A stretch of 64,000 nucleotides of DNA, taken from the NCBI GenBank assembly GCA_964372085.1, contig CAYJPQ010000005.1:27449-91448 (forward strand), in the 5' to 3' direction. The DNA comes from an uncultured Bifidobacteriaceae bacterium. GTDB lineage: Bacteria > Acidobacteriota > Vicinamibacteria > Vicinamibacterales > UBA2999. Below are positions 34,964-43,700 of the stretch, piece after piece (position 1 is the stretch's first letter; each line of letters begins with the position of its first letter). The notes beneath the pieces are model-generated. The model saw only the letters and a program-made list of their open reading frames with translations, did not search any database and was not told where the DNA came from. A program made the translations under genes and the position numbers.

Positions 34964-36367
34964 GTGCGTTGCCTTGCGGTCTGTCACACGGAGCTGGTGG
35001 TCCGGCTCCTGGAGGCAGTCCTTGCGCCCCAGGCGGAACTCGACGTCGTGACCGAAAGCCGCGCTATTGCCAAGCGCGTGCAGGAGGGGGCGTTGTCGGT
35101 GACGGTGGGAGACCCCATGCGGGTCGACACCTACATCAAGGCGGGCCTCTCCCCTACGATCCCCATCATCGTGGAAGACAACGGGCGCCGCGGCCTGCGC
35201 AAGGTGCTGGAGGCGGTGCGCGACGCCGGCGGCACGCTGGTGTACGTCCTGGGCACCAGCCCTGCCGACATCCGCCGCACCGAGGCGCTGCGGGCCGATT
35301 TTCCGGAGGTGACCAGCCTGACGCTGGCCGAGCTGGCGGGGCCGCCGCTGATGAGCGAACTCGGCCGGTCGGTGACGCGCCAGCGCGTGCAGCAGTACCA
35401 GCGGTACCTGGCCGATGCCGACCGCGTGTTGATCCTGCTGCACAACGACCCCGACCCCGACGCCATGGCCAGCGGCCTGGCCCTCCGCACGCTGCTGCGC
35501 CGCACCAGGCAGACGGCCATCATCGCGTGCCTGCAAGGCGTGACGCGGCCCGAGAACATGCGGATGATGAAGCTGCTCGACATCACGATCGAGGTGCTGA
35601 CGCCGGAGCAGTTGAAAGAGTTCGACCGCATCGCGCTCGTCGACGTGCAGCCGCACTACTTCCCGGGGCTGCTGCCCCAGGTGGACCTGGTGATCGACCA
35701 CCACCCTCCGCAGGCCGGCTACACCGCCATCTTCAGCGACATCCGGCCCGACTACGGGTCGACGTGCACCATCCTCACCGAGCACCTGCGCGCGGTCGAC
35801 ATGGATATCTCCGAGCGCACGGCCACCGCGATGCTGTACGCCATCAAGTCGGACACGCTCTTCTTCAACCGGCACGCCAACCGCGCCGACCTCGACGCCT
35901 TCTCGTACCTCTATCCGCTGGCGGAGGCCCCGACCATCCGCAAGATGGAGGGCGCCGAAATCACCGCCGATCGGCTGGACTACGTGATCAAGGCGTGGCA
36001 GCAGGGCCGGATGGTGGAGCACGTGTTCTGCGCGTTCCTGGGCGAGCCGCCGCGCGACGACTTCGTGCCCTACGTGGCCGACTTCTACCTGCAGCTCGAG
36101 GACGTGCAGTGGACGGTGATTTCCGGGGTGGTGAACGACACGTTCGTGGTGTCGGTGCGCAACCTGGGGTACTCGCGCAACGCCGGCGACTTCGTCCGCC
36201 GGTGGTTCAACGACATCGGCAGCGCCGGCGGCCACCGTACCATGGCCAAGGCCGTGGTGCCGCTCGAGGCCTTCCAGCGCAAGTTCGGCACCTACGAGGG
36301 CAGCCGGATCAACCAGCGCATGCTCGAGCTCGTGCTCGAGTTCCTCCACGAGCTCAAGGACAAGTAG
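34964..36367 (+). CDS. DHH-family phosphoesterase (NrnA-like) with N-terminal regulatory domain
   Basis: DHH motifs LLHNDPDPDAMASG, VDLVIDHHPP, DHHA1 SAGGHRTMA. Confidence 0.8.
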   Translation: MRCLAVCHTELVVRLLEAVLAPQAELDVVTESRAIAKRVQEGALSVTVGDPMRVDTYIKAGLSPTIPIIVEDNGRRGLRKVLEAVRDAGGTLVYVLGTSPADIRRTEALRADFPEVTSLTLAELAGPPLMSELGRSVTRQRVQQYQRYLADADRVLILLHNDPDPDAMASGLALRTLLRRTRQTAIIACLQGVTRPENMRMMKLLDITIEVLTPEQLKEFDRIALVDVQPHYFPGLLPQVDLVIDHHPPQAGYTAIFSDIRPDYGSTCTILTEHLRAVDMDISERTATAMLYAIKSDTLFFNRHANRADLDAFSYLYPLAEAPTIRKMEGAEITADRLDYVIKAWQQGRMVEHVFCAFLGEPPRDDFVPYVADFYLQLEDVQWTVISGVVNDTFVVSVRNLGYSRNAGDFVRRWFNDIGSAGGHRTMAKAVVPLEAFQRKFGTYEGSRINQRMLELVLEFLHELKDK

Positions 36368-36382
36368 GGCGGAGGCAAACAC

Positions 36383-36406
36383 GTAGGGCGGAACTTTAGC
36401 TCCGCC
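36383..36406. repeat. REP-like hairpin GTAGGGCGGAACTTTAGCTCCGCC (bidirectional terminator candidate)
   Basis: 23 of 24 identical to 19589-19612; lies between convergent genes; the TAA stop of the minus-strand gene (36396-36398) is in the loop; half-copy GTAGGGCGGA at 36364-36373 contains the DHH gene TAG stop. Confidence 0.85.
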
Positions 36407-37577
36407 CCAGCGCCCGATCGAGATCCGCGATCAGGTCGCCCGCGTCCTCGAGTCCCACCGACAGCCGCATCATGCCCTTCGAGATGCCGGCGTTCTCCAG
36501 CTCCTCGTCGCTCAGCCCGTACTGCGAGGTGAGGATGGGCAGGCTGCACAGGCTCTCGACGCCGCCGAGGCTGGCCGCGCGCTTGAACACCTGCAGTCGA
36601 TCATAGGCGTGGTACGCCCCCGCCTTGCCGCCGCGCACGTCGACGGTGACCATGCCGCCGAAGCCCGCCATCTGGCGCGCGGCGATGGCGTGGTCGGGAT
36701 GCGACGCGAGCCCGGGATAGTAGACCCGCGCGACGTTGGGGTGCCCCTCCAGGAACCGCGCCACCGTCAGCGCGTTCGCGTTGTGCTGGGCCACGCGCAG
36801 CGCCATGGTCTTCATGCCGCGGCCCAGGGCGAAGGCCGGCACGGGGTCCATGATCCCGCCGAGCAGGCGCCGGAGCTTGCCGAGCGGCGCCATCAGCGCC
36901 TGCGAGCCCGAGAGCACACCGCCCGTGACGTCGCTGTGGCCGTTGAGGTACTTGGTGGCGCTCTGCATCGACAGGTCGACGCCCATGGCCAGCACCGGCT
37001 GGTTAATCGGGCTGGCAAAGGTGTTGTCGGCAATCGAGATCACGCCCGCCGTGCGGCAGGCCTCGGCCACCACGCGCACGTCAACGCAGCGCAGCGTGGG
37101 GTTGATGGGCGACTCGAACCACAGCGCCTTGGTGGCGGCGCCGAACACGCGCGCGGGCGCCGCCAGGTCGTCGAGCGTGATGAACCGGTGCGTGATACCG
37201 AAGCGCGGCAGCAGGTCCTCGATCAGGTGGAAGGTGCCGCCGTAGATGGCGGCACTGCACAGCACCTCGTCGCCGCTCTTGAGCAGGCCGAGCAGGGCCG
37301 TCGAGATGGCCGCCATCCCCGAACTGAAGATCAGCGACATCTCGGCGCCGTCGACTGCCGCCACCTTCTGCTCCACCGCCACGATGGTGGGGTTCTCGTA
37401 GCGCGAGTAGAGGTAGCCGTTCAGCTTCCCTGCCTGGTAGGCCTCGACGTCAGCCACCGAGTCGAAGATGAACGTGCTGGTCTCGTAGATGGGCACGGTG
37501 AGCGGCCTGGTGGCCCCCGCATCAATGCGTTCGCCGGCGTGAATGAGCTCGGTGGCTGGTTTCATGGGTTTATCCAC
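36396..37577 (-). CDS. PLP-dependent Cys/Met metabolism enzyme (cystathionine gamma-synthase/beta-lyase/methionine gamma-lyase family)
   Basis: PLP-lysine motif MQSATKYLNGHSD; family-typical N-terminus TELIHAGE. Confidence 0.85.
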   Translation of the reverse strand: MDKPMKPATELIHAGERIDAGATRPLTVPIYETSTFIFDSVADVEAYQAGKLNGYLYSRYENPTIVAVEQKVAAVDGAEMSLIFSSGMAAISTALLGLLKSGDEVLCSAAIYGGTFHLIEDLLPRFGITHRFITLDDLAAPARVFGAATKALWFESPINPTLRCVDVRVVAEACRTAGVISIADNTFASPINQPVLAMGVDLSMQSATKYLNGHSDVTGGVLSGSQALMAPLGKLRRLLGGIMDPVPAFALGRGMKTMALRVAQHNANALTVARFLEGHPNVARVYYPGLASHPDHAIAARQMAGFGGMVTVDVRGGKAGAYHAYDRLQVFKRAASLGGVESLCSLPILTSQYGLSDEELENAGISKGMMRLSVGLEDAGDLIADLDRALGRS

Positions 37578-37818
37578 AGATGACGCAGATTACACAGATG
37601 ATGGCAGCGGCGTGAAGCGAAAACCGGTTCGGGTCTGCGGTTTGCCACCGGCGCTTCGCTGCCGGCAGGCAGTGCCGCGACGCGAGGGAGATGAACCGCC
37701 AAGCAGACCCACGCGGCTCATCTCCCTCGCGTCGCGGCACTGCTGGCTGCCGGTCAAAGACCGGCAGTGGCAAACCTCCGTCGGCGAATCTGCGGAATCG
37801 GCGGAATCCGTGGATGAC
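37575..37818. repeat. composite intergenic element: 9-mer array x3, 138-nt branched palindrome (37639-37776), 9-mer array x4
   Basis: cacagatga cgcagatta cacagatga; perfect 25-bp arms 37670-37694/37718-37742; outer 10-bp arms ggtttgccac/gtggcaaacc; two side hairpins CCGGC/GCCGG; then ggcgaatct gcggaatcg gcggaatcc gtggatgac abutting the patatin-like stop. Confidence 0.9.
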
Positions 37819-39243
37819 TTATTCGGTGTAATCCCGCGAAATCTGCGTCATCCGATCGCCGGAGGCGCCCAGGATCGGCTCGATGAACTGGCGGTACGCG
37901 TCCTCGTACCCGCGCTCCATCAACTCGTCCAGCGTCTGCACGCGGTCGGAGCGTTCGTCGTAGGCGCCCAGCAGGTCGAGGGCGCGGAGGGCGTTGTGTG
38001 CGGGGCGAATCACGTACACGCCCTGGAAACGATGGTGCAGGTGGCGGATGCTGTCGGACAGGGCGGCGGCCTCCGAGGTGGCCAGGTACTCGCCGATGCG
38101 GCCGAGGCCGTCGAGCCGGGGCGGCCGCAGCTCGTGGGGACCCGGAAGGTCCGGGGCGGCCGAGACGACCACCACCTGCTCCGCACCGGCGGCCGCGGCC
38201 TCTTCCATCAGGCGGCCCAGGCACGCCGGGCGGTCGGCGAGACGGTGGGTCTCGCCACGCCAATAGGCATCGGCGGCAAACCGAATCAGGCGCGGCTCGG
38301 TCACGCCCGGCAGGCTCAGGGCCGCCGCCAGCACGTCGGCCGTGAAGGCCTGCGTGCCTGCCGACAGATCGTGGGCCTCGGCGCGACGCATCGACGCCCC
38401 GCCCGGCGGCGGAAACAGCGCCTTGCGATAGGGCTCGCGCACGAGCCCAAACACCATGTCGCGCCGGGCGTCCAGGTTGTGGACGACGAGCAACAACTCG
38501 CGAAAGCCCGGCTGCCCGAGATTCTCGTTGAGCAGTTCCGCGTACCGGCGGCTGAGGTCGGTGGGGTCTGGCGTCTTCAGGGCCGCCCCGCCCTTCAGCA
38601 GCCGCCACACCGTCTCAATCGCCAAACTGATGGCCCCCTGCGCGTCCACCGGGGCGCCGAGCAGCGCCCACGCCCGGCTCCCGACGCTGCGCCGGTACAG
38701 GGGCGCGCGCCACCACGCCAGCCAGGCGCCAACGGCGAGCACCAACGCGCCGGCGCCGGCCACCACCGTGGCCGCGCGCGGAATCCACGTGGGCAGCGCG
38801 CCCGGCGCAAACGCCGCCGACAGGCCCGCAAGGAACCCGCCAAACAGCCGCACGCCGGCATCGGCGCCCGCCATGCCCGACACCAATGCGAGGGGATACA
38901 CCGCCAGCGCCAGTACCGCCACGACCACGGGCGCGGCCAGCACGGCCGCCAGGGCCAGCAGCAGGCCCTTCACCACCCGGAAGGGCCACCGCCAGCGGTA
39001 CAGCGTGTCCAACGGGCGCACGCGCCAGAAGCCACCCGGCTCCCAGAGCTGGCCGCCGCCGTCGACGGCGGCCAGGATGGCGGCCAGGGCGCCCACGCCG
39101 CGGCCGCCCACGATGTCGAGCTTGACGCCGGCTTCGTGCAGGGCGCGGAGGACACCCGCATGATAGGCGCCGTCGGCGCCGCTGCCGGTGAAGAGCAGCG
39201 CGGTGCGCCGCTCGGGAGAGTAGCTGTCTCGGGGCTCAGTCAC
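37819..39243 (-). CDS. patatin-like phospholipase-fold protein with inserted TM segments; nucleophile serine absent
   Basis: LLFTGSGADGAYHAGVLRALHEAGVKLDIVGGRGVGALAAILAA aligns to the patatin GGGxxG...GxSxG block but reads GRGVG; hydrophobic region of about residues 90-190. Confidence 0.6.
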   Translation of the reverse strand: MTEPRDSYSPERRTALLFTGSGADGAYHAGVLRALHEAGVKLDIVGGRGVGALAAILAAVDGGGQLWEPGGFWRVRPLDTLYRWRWPFRVVKGLLLALAAVLAAPVVVAVLALAVYPLALVSGMAGADAGVRLFGGFLAGLSAAFAPGALPTWIPRAATVVAGAGALVLAVGAWLAWWRAPLYRRSVGSRAWALLGAPVDAQGAISLAIETVWRLLKGGAALKTPDPTDLSRRYAELLNENLGQPGFRELLLVVHNLDARRDMVFGLVREPYRKALFPPPGGASMRRAEAHDLSAGTQAFTADVLAAALSLPGVTEPRLIRFAADAYWRGETHRLADRPACLGRLMEEAAAAGAEQVVVVSAAPDLPGPHELRPPRLDGLGRIGEYLATSEAAALSDSIRHLHHRFQGVYVIRPAHNALRALDLLGAYDERSDRVQTLDELMERGYEDAYRQFIEPILGASGDRMTQISRDYTE

Positions 39244-39248
39244 GACGG

Positions 39249-39707
39249 TCAGTCGTGGATCGTCACCAGCTTCAGGATCTCGAACCGGCGTGTCCCGCTG
39301 GGCGTATTGACCGCCACCTCGTCGCCTTCTTCCCTGTTGAGGATGGCCCGGCCGATGGGCGACGAGGTGGAAATCAGCCCCTTGTCGGCCTCGGCGTCCT
39401 CGGGCATCACCAGCTGGTACACCAGCTCGTGGTCGCCCTCGCGCAGCGTCACCGTCGACCCGAACCCCGCCTTGCCGTGCGGAATGCGGTCCATGTTCAT
39501 CAGCGCGATCTCGTTCATGCGGCGCTTGAGCATGGCAATGCGGGCGTTGACGTAGGTCTGGCGCTCTTTCGCGGCCTGGTACTCCGCATTTTCGCGCAGG
39601 TCACCGAGCTCGCGCGCCCGCTGGATCTCCTTGGGGAGTTCCATCTTGAGCTCGCGCTCGAGGGCCGAGACCTCGTCTTCAAACCGCTTGAGGAGCCTAT
39701 CTTTCAT
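39249..39707 (-). CDS. greA: transcription elongation factor GreA
   Basis: N-terminal coiled-coil with LRENAEYQAAKERQ and a C-terminal FKBP-like domain. Confidence 0.9.
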   Translation of the reverse strand: MKDRLLKRFEDEVSALERELKMELPKEIQRARELGDLRENAEYQAAKERQTYVNARIAMLKRRMNEIALMNMDRIPHGKAGFGSTVTLREGDHELVYQLVMPEDAEADKGLISTSSPIGRAILNREEGDEVAVNTPSGTRRFEILKLVTIHD

Positions 39708-39739
39708 CGCTCAAACATCGCAGTGTAGCACAATAGCAG

Positions 39740-40534
39740 ATGAGCGCCGCCCCGCCCATGCCTCCCATCACGAGCCGCCAGCACGCCATCGTCAAGCAGT
39801 TCCGCGCACTGGCGCGCGGCGACGGGACGCTGTTGCTTCTCGATGGCTGGCACCTGCTGGGCGAGGCCCTCGACGCGGGCCTCCACGTCGACACGGTCGT
39901 GGTAACCGGCCCCGCCGGCGGCCGCGAGCAATCGGTGCTGGCACGCCTCGGGCCCGACACCCGCCTGGTCGAAGTGTCGCGGCTCGTCATGGATGCCCTC
40001 TCGCCGGTGCGGTCGCCCGCGGGTGTGGTGGCGTCGGCCCGCCGGCCCAGGCTCGACACCACGGCCGTGCTGCAGGCCGCCTCACCGCTGCTGGTGGCCG
40101 CCTACGGCCTGCAAGACCCCGGCAACGTCGGCGCGCTGATTCGATCGGCCGCCGCCGCCGGCGCCACGGCTGTGGTGCTCGACGCCGCCAGTGCCGACCC
40201 GTGGAGCTGGAAGGCCCTGCGCGCGTCGATGGGCAGCGCGTTCCACCTGCCGCTCGCCCGGCACGACGACCTCCCTGCCCTCCTCGCCGGCGCCGGCGCC
40301 GCGGGCATCGCCCTCGTGGCCGCCGTGCCTCGCGGCGGCGTGCCGATGTACGACGTGGACTTCACGCGGCCCACGGCCCTGCTGATCGGCGGCGAGGGCC
40401 CCGGACTGCCGGAAGAGATCCTCGACACGGTGAACACCCGCGTCAGCATCCCGATGCAGGCGCCGGTGGAATCACTGAATGCCGCGGTCGCCGCGGCCGT
40501 GCTGCTGTACGAGGCGCGCCGCCAACGCCGATGA
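39740..40534 (+). CDS. TrmH/SpoU-family RNA 2'-O-methyltransferase
   Basis: SpoU motifs DPGNVGALIRSAAAAG, LLIGGEGPGL, IPMQAPVESLNAAVAAAVLLYE. Confidence 0.85.
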   Translation: MSAAPPMPPITSRQHAIVKQFRALARGDGTLLLLDGWHLLGEALDAGLHVDTVVVTGPAGGREQSVLARLGPDTRLVEVSRLVMDALSPVRSPAGVVASARRPRLDTTAVLQAASPLLVAAYGLQDPGNVGALIRSAAAAGATAVVLDAASADPWSWKALRASMGSAFHLPLARHDDLPALLAGAGAAGIALVAAVPRGGVPMYDVDFTRPTALLIGGEGPGLPEEILDTVNTRVSIPMQAPVESLNAAVAAAVLLYEARRQRR

Positions 40535-41862
40535 GCCTCTTCGACGACGCCCCGGCGCCCGTGGATCCGCGCACGGTCCCCCTGGCCGAGCGCATGCGCC
40601 CGCGCTCGCTCGACGAGATCGTGGGCCAGGACGAGCTGATCGCGCCGGGACGGCCGCTGCGGGAGATGATCGACCGCGACCTGCTGCAGTCGATCATCCT
40701 CTGGGGACCGCCGGGCACGGGCAAGACCACGCTGGCCCGGCTCATCGCCGACCTGACGAAGGCCGAGTTCATGGCGTTCAGCGCCGTCCTGGCGGGCATC
40801 AAGGAAGTGAAGGACGTGATGGCCGCGGCGGAACAGCGCCGCCGCATGACGGGGCGCCGCACCATCGTCTTCATCGACGAGATCCACCGCTTCAACAAGG
40901 CGCAGCAGGATGCGTTCTTGCCTCGTGTCGAGAGCGGCGATATCGTCCTGATTGGCGCCACCACCGAGAACCCGTCGTTCGAGGTGAACGCCGCACTCCT
41001 CTCGCGGTCGAAGGTGTTCGTCCTCAAGCCCCTCGACGAAGGCGCCATCGTCAACATCCTGCGCCGCGCCCTCACGGACGCCGAGCGCGGCCTCGGACGC
41101 CAGCAGCCGGAGGCCGACGACGAGGCGCTGTCGGCCATCGCGCGCTTTTCGAGCGGCGACGCGCGCGCCGCCCTCAACGTGCTGCAGTTGACCGTGGCCT
41201 CGGCCCCCCAGCCGGCGGGCCGGCCGCGCATCGACAAGGCGCTGCTGGAGCGCACGCTGCAGAACAAGGCGCTGCTCTACGACAAGAGCGGCGAAGAACA
41301 CTACAACCTGATGTCGGCGCTCCACAAGTCGATGCGCAACAGCGACGCCGACGCGGCGATCTACTGGCTGGCGCGCATGGTGGAGGCCGGAGAAGACCCG
41401 CTCTACGTCGCGCGCCGCCTCGTGCGCTTTGCCTCCGAGGACATCGGCAACGCCGATCCGCAGGCGCTGGCGGTGGCCATGGCGGCGAAGGAGGCGGTGC
41501 ACTTCATCGGCATGCCCGAGGGCAACACCGCGCTCGCGCAGGCCGCGCTGTACCTGTCGACGGCGCCCAAGAGCAACGCCGTCTACGCCGCCTACACGGC
41601 GGCCGCCGACGCGGCGAAGCAGGACGAGGCCCGGCCGGTACCGCTGCACCTGCGCAACGCGCCCACGCGCCTCATGAAGGAGCTCGACTACGGCAAGGGC
41701 TACAAGTACGCGCACGGCGAACCCGACGCCGTGGCCGACATGGAGTGCCTCCCCGATAACCTCAAAGGCCGGGAGTTCTACCAGCCCACCGACTTCGGGT
41801 TTGAAAAGGAAATCAGGAAGCGCCTGGCGTGGTGGAAGTCCCGCCGCCGCCCGAACCCGTAG
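40531..41862 (+). CDS. rarA: replication-associated recombination protein A
   Basis: Walker A GPPGTGKTTLA, IVFIDEIHRFNKAQQD, C-terminal MgsA domain; ORF 39631.. trimmed to MSLFDDAP (ATGA overlap). Confidence 0.92.
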   Translation: MSLFDDAPAPVDPRTVPLAERMRPRSLDEIVGQDELIAPGRPLREMIDRDLLQSIILWGPPGTGKTTLARLIADLTKAEFMAFSAVLAGIKEVKDVMAAAEQRRRMTGRRTIVFIDEIHRFNKAQQDAFLPRVESGDIVLIGATTENPSFEVNAALLSRSKVFVLKPLDEGAIVNILRRALTDAERGLGRQQPEADDEALSAIARFSSGDARAALNVLQLTVASAPQPAGRPRIDKALLERTLQNKALLYDKSGEEHYNLMSALHKSMRNSDADAAIYWLARMVEAGEDPLYVARRLVRFASEDIGNADPQALAVAMAAKEAVHFIGMPEGNTALAQAALYLSTAPKSNAVYAAYTAAADAAKQDEARPVPLHLRNAPTRLMKELDYGKGYKYAHGEPDAVADMECLPDNLKGREFYQPTDFGFEKEIRKRLAWWKSRRRPNP

Positions 41863-41870
41863 AACCTGAG

Positions 41871-43700
41871 TCAACCCCGGTCGAAGTTCTTCTCAACCTC
41901 GCGGCGCGTAATCCTCAACATCACGGGCCGGCCGTGCGGGCACACCGTGGAATAGGCCGTGGCCCGCAGTTCCTCGAGGATATGGCGCATCTTCTCGAGG
42001 GTCAGCGGGTAGTTGGCCTTGACGGCGGCGTGGCAGGCGGTGGTGGCGGCAATCTGCTTGAGCGACTCCTCCACCCGGAGGCCGCGGTCGAGCCCCTCCA
42101 GGTCGTCGGCCAGGGCCCGGAGGGCCGCGTCGCACTCGTCCGGGGGCAGCAGGGCCGGCACGGCCGTCACCTTGAGCGCGTCGCCACCGAATTCCTCCAC
42201 CTCGAACCCGAACCGCGCCAGCTCCGGCGCGCGCGACACCAGCGCCTGCCGCTCGGCATCGGGCAGCTCCATCACCATGGGCACCAGCAGCCGCTGGCTC
42301 TCGAGCGGATGGTCGGCCAGCCGCTGCATGATCCGCTCGAACAACACGCGCTCGTGCGCCACGTGCTGATCGATCACCGAGATGCCCTCATCGTCGATCG
42401 CGATGATGAAGGTATCGCGGAATTGGCCCAGGGGAATCATCGGACGGAGGTTGCCTCCCGGGGGTTCCTCACGGGGGTCCCACACGGGGGTTCCCTCACG
42501 GGGGTTCCTCACGGAGGTTCCGCCCGGCGGTTCCTCACGGAGGTTCGACAACTGACCGTGTGGCACCATCGTGCCGGCACCTTCGTGAGAACCTTCGTGT
42601 GGAACAGCGGGGGCCCACCGGCTTGTGTAGATGCCACCGGCCAGCGAGCCGGGAATGGCGGGCTGTGTCGGCCGCCCAGGGAAAATGTCCGACGCCCGGA
42701 GGGTCAACTCGGGAGCTGGGCCCCTGCCCAGCGCCTCGCCCAGTGCGTGCCGCACCATCTCGTGCACCATCGATTGCTCGCGGAACCGCACCTCTGCCTT
42801 CGTGGGGTGCACGTTCACGTCCACGCGGTCGGGCGGCACCTCCAGGAACAGGTGTACCTCGGGACTGCGCTCCTTGTTGGTGGCCACGCTGTAGGCGTCA
42901 AGGATGGCGTGCGCGATGGTGCGATCCTTCACGATGCGCCGGTTGACGAACAGGTGCTGGGGGCCGCGTGTGGGCCCCTGCTCGGCCAGCGCCGCGGCAA
43001 ACCCGTGCAGGCGCAGCCCGGCCCCGTGCCGATCCACGCGCACAAGATCCTGGCGATCGCCGTACAGCTGGTACAGGCGGTCCGAGAGACTCGCTACCGG
43101 CGGCACCGCCAGTACCTTTCGGCCGGCGCTGGTGAGCGTGAAGCCCACCTCCGGATAGCACAGCGCCAGTTGCGTGACAAAGCGCGACACCTGCGCCGAT
43201 TCGGCGGCGTCCGACTTCAGGAACTTGCGCCGCGCCGGCAGGTTGTAGAAGAGGTCGGCCACCTCGATCATCGTGCCTTCGGGGCCGCCGGCTTCCACCA
43301 CCGACTCGATCAGCCCGCCGTTCACCCGAATCTCGGTGCCGCTCGCGCTGCCGCGCGCCCGCGTCCGGATGCGGAAGTGCGACACCGAGGCGATGGACGG
43401 CAGCGCCTCGCCCCTGAAGCCCAGCGTGCTGATGGTGGCCAGGTCGTCGGCACGGCGAATCTTGCTGGTGGCGTGGCGCTCGAGGCACAGGCGTGCGTCC
43501 CCGGGATCCATGCCATCGCCGTCGTCCTCCACACGAACCAGCTTCTTGCCGCCGTACTCGACGGTCACGGCGATGCGCGTGGCGTGGGCGTCGATCGCGT
43601 TCTCGACGAGCTCCTTCACTACCGAGGCGGGCCGCTCCACCACCTCGCCGGCGGCAATCTGGTTGGCCAGATCGTCGGCGAGCTTCGTGATGCGCCCCAT
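41871..43700 (-). CDS. mutL: DNA mismatch repair protein MutL (endonuclease-type)
   Basis: GHKL N-box LANQIAAGEVVERPASVVKELVENAIDA; C-terminal DQHVAHERVLFE endonuclease motif; start MGRITKLADD overlaps corA stop by 1 nt. Confidence 0.92.
   Translation of the reverse strand: MGRITKLADDLANQIAAGEVVERPASVVKELVENAIDAHATRIAVTVEYGGKKLVRVEDDGDGMDPGDARLCLERHATSKIRRADDLATISTLGFRGEALPSIASVSHFRIRTRARGSASGTEIRVNGGLIESVVEAGGPEGTMIEVADLFYNLPARRKFLKSDAAESAQVSRFVTQLALCYPEVGFTLTSAGRKVLAVPPVASLSDRLYQLYGDRQDLVRVDRHGAGLRLHGFAAALAEQGPTRGPQHLFVNRRIVKDRTIAHAILDAYSVATNKERSPEVHLFLEVPPDRVDVNVHPTKAEVRFREQSMVHEMVRHALGEALGRGPAPELTLRASDIFPGRPTQPAIPGSLAGGIYTSRWAPAVPHEGSHEGAGTMVPHGQLSNLREEPPGGTSVRNPREGTPVWDPREEPPGGNLRPMIPLGQFRDTFIIAIDDEGISVIDQHVAHERVLFERIMQRLADHPLESQRLLVPMVMELPDAERQALVSRAPELARFGFEVEEFGGDALKVTAVPALLPPDECDAALRALADDLEGLDRGLRVEESLKQIAATTACHAAVKANYPLTLEKMRHILEELRATAYSTVCPHGRPVMLRITRREVEKNFDRG
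42444..42550. repeat. eight tandem 13-14 bp units CGG(G/A)GGTTCCTCA inside the mutL linker
   Basis: Units at 42444, 42459, 42472, 42485, 42499, 42512, 42525 and 42538; a CACGAAGG x2 repeat follows at 42580-42602. Confidence 0.9.

Noticed and set aside
32088-35051. Very long ORFs on the strand opposite to recognised genes. Examples: 987 aa at 32088-35051, 796 aa at 41829-44219, 738 aa at 44550-46766, 672 aa at 50654-52672, 670 aa at 37543-39555 and 532 aa at 9878-11476.
   Set aside because: They lie antisense to genes with unmistakable family signatures (uvrB, mutL, ppdK, mgtE and others). Their translations are low-complexity and R/A/G/P/H-rich, with no motifs. Stop-poor antisense frames are expected in high-G+C DNA.
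37578-37818. SAM-type riboswitch upstream of the Cys/Met-metabolism PLP enzyme.
   Set aside because: The region is a near-perfect DNA palindrome that reads almost the same on both strands, and it lacks SAM-I/SAM-II consensus elements. It is more consistent with a REP/MITE-like element or terminator.
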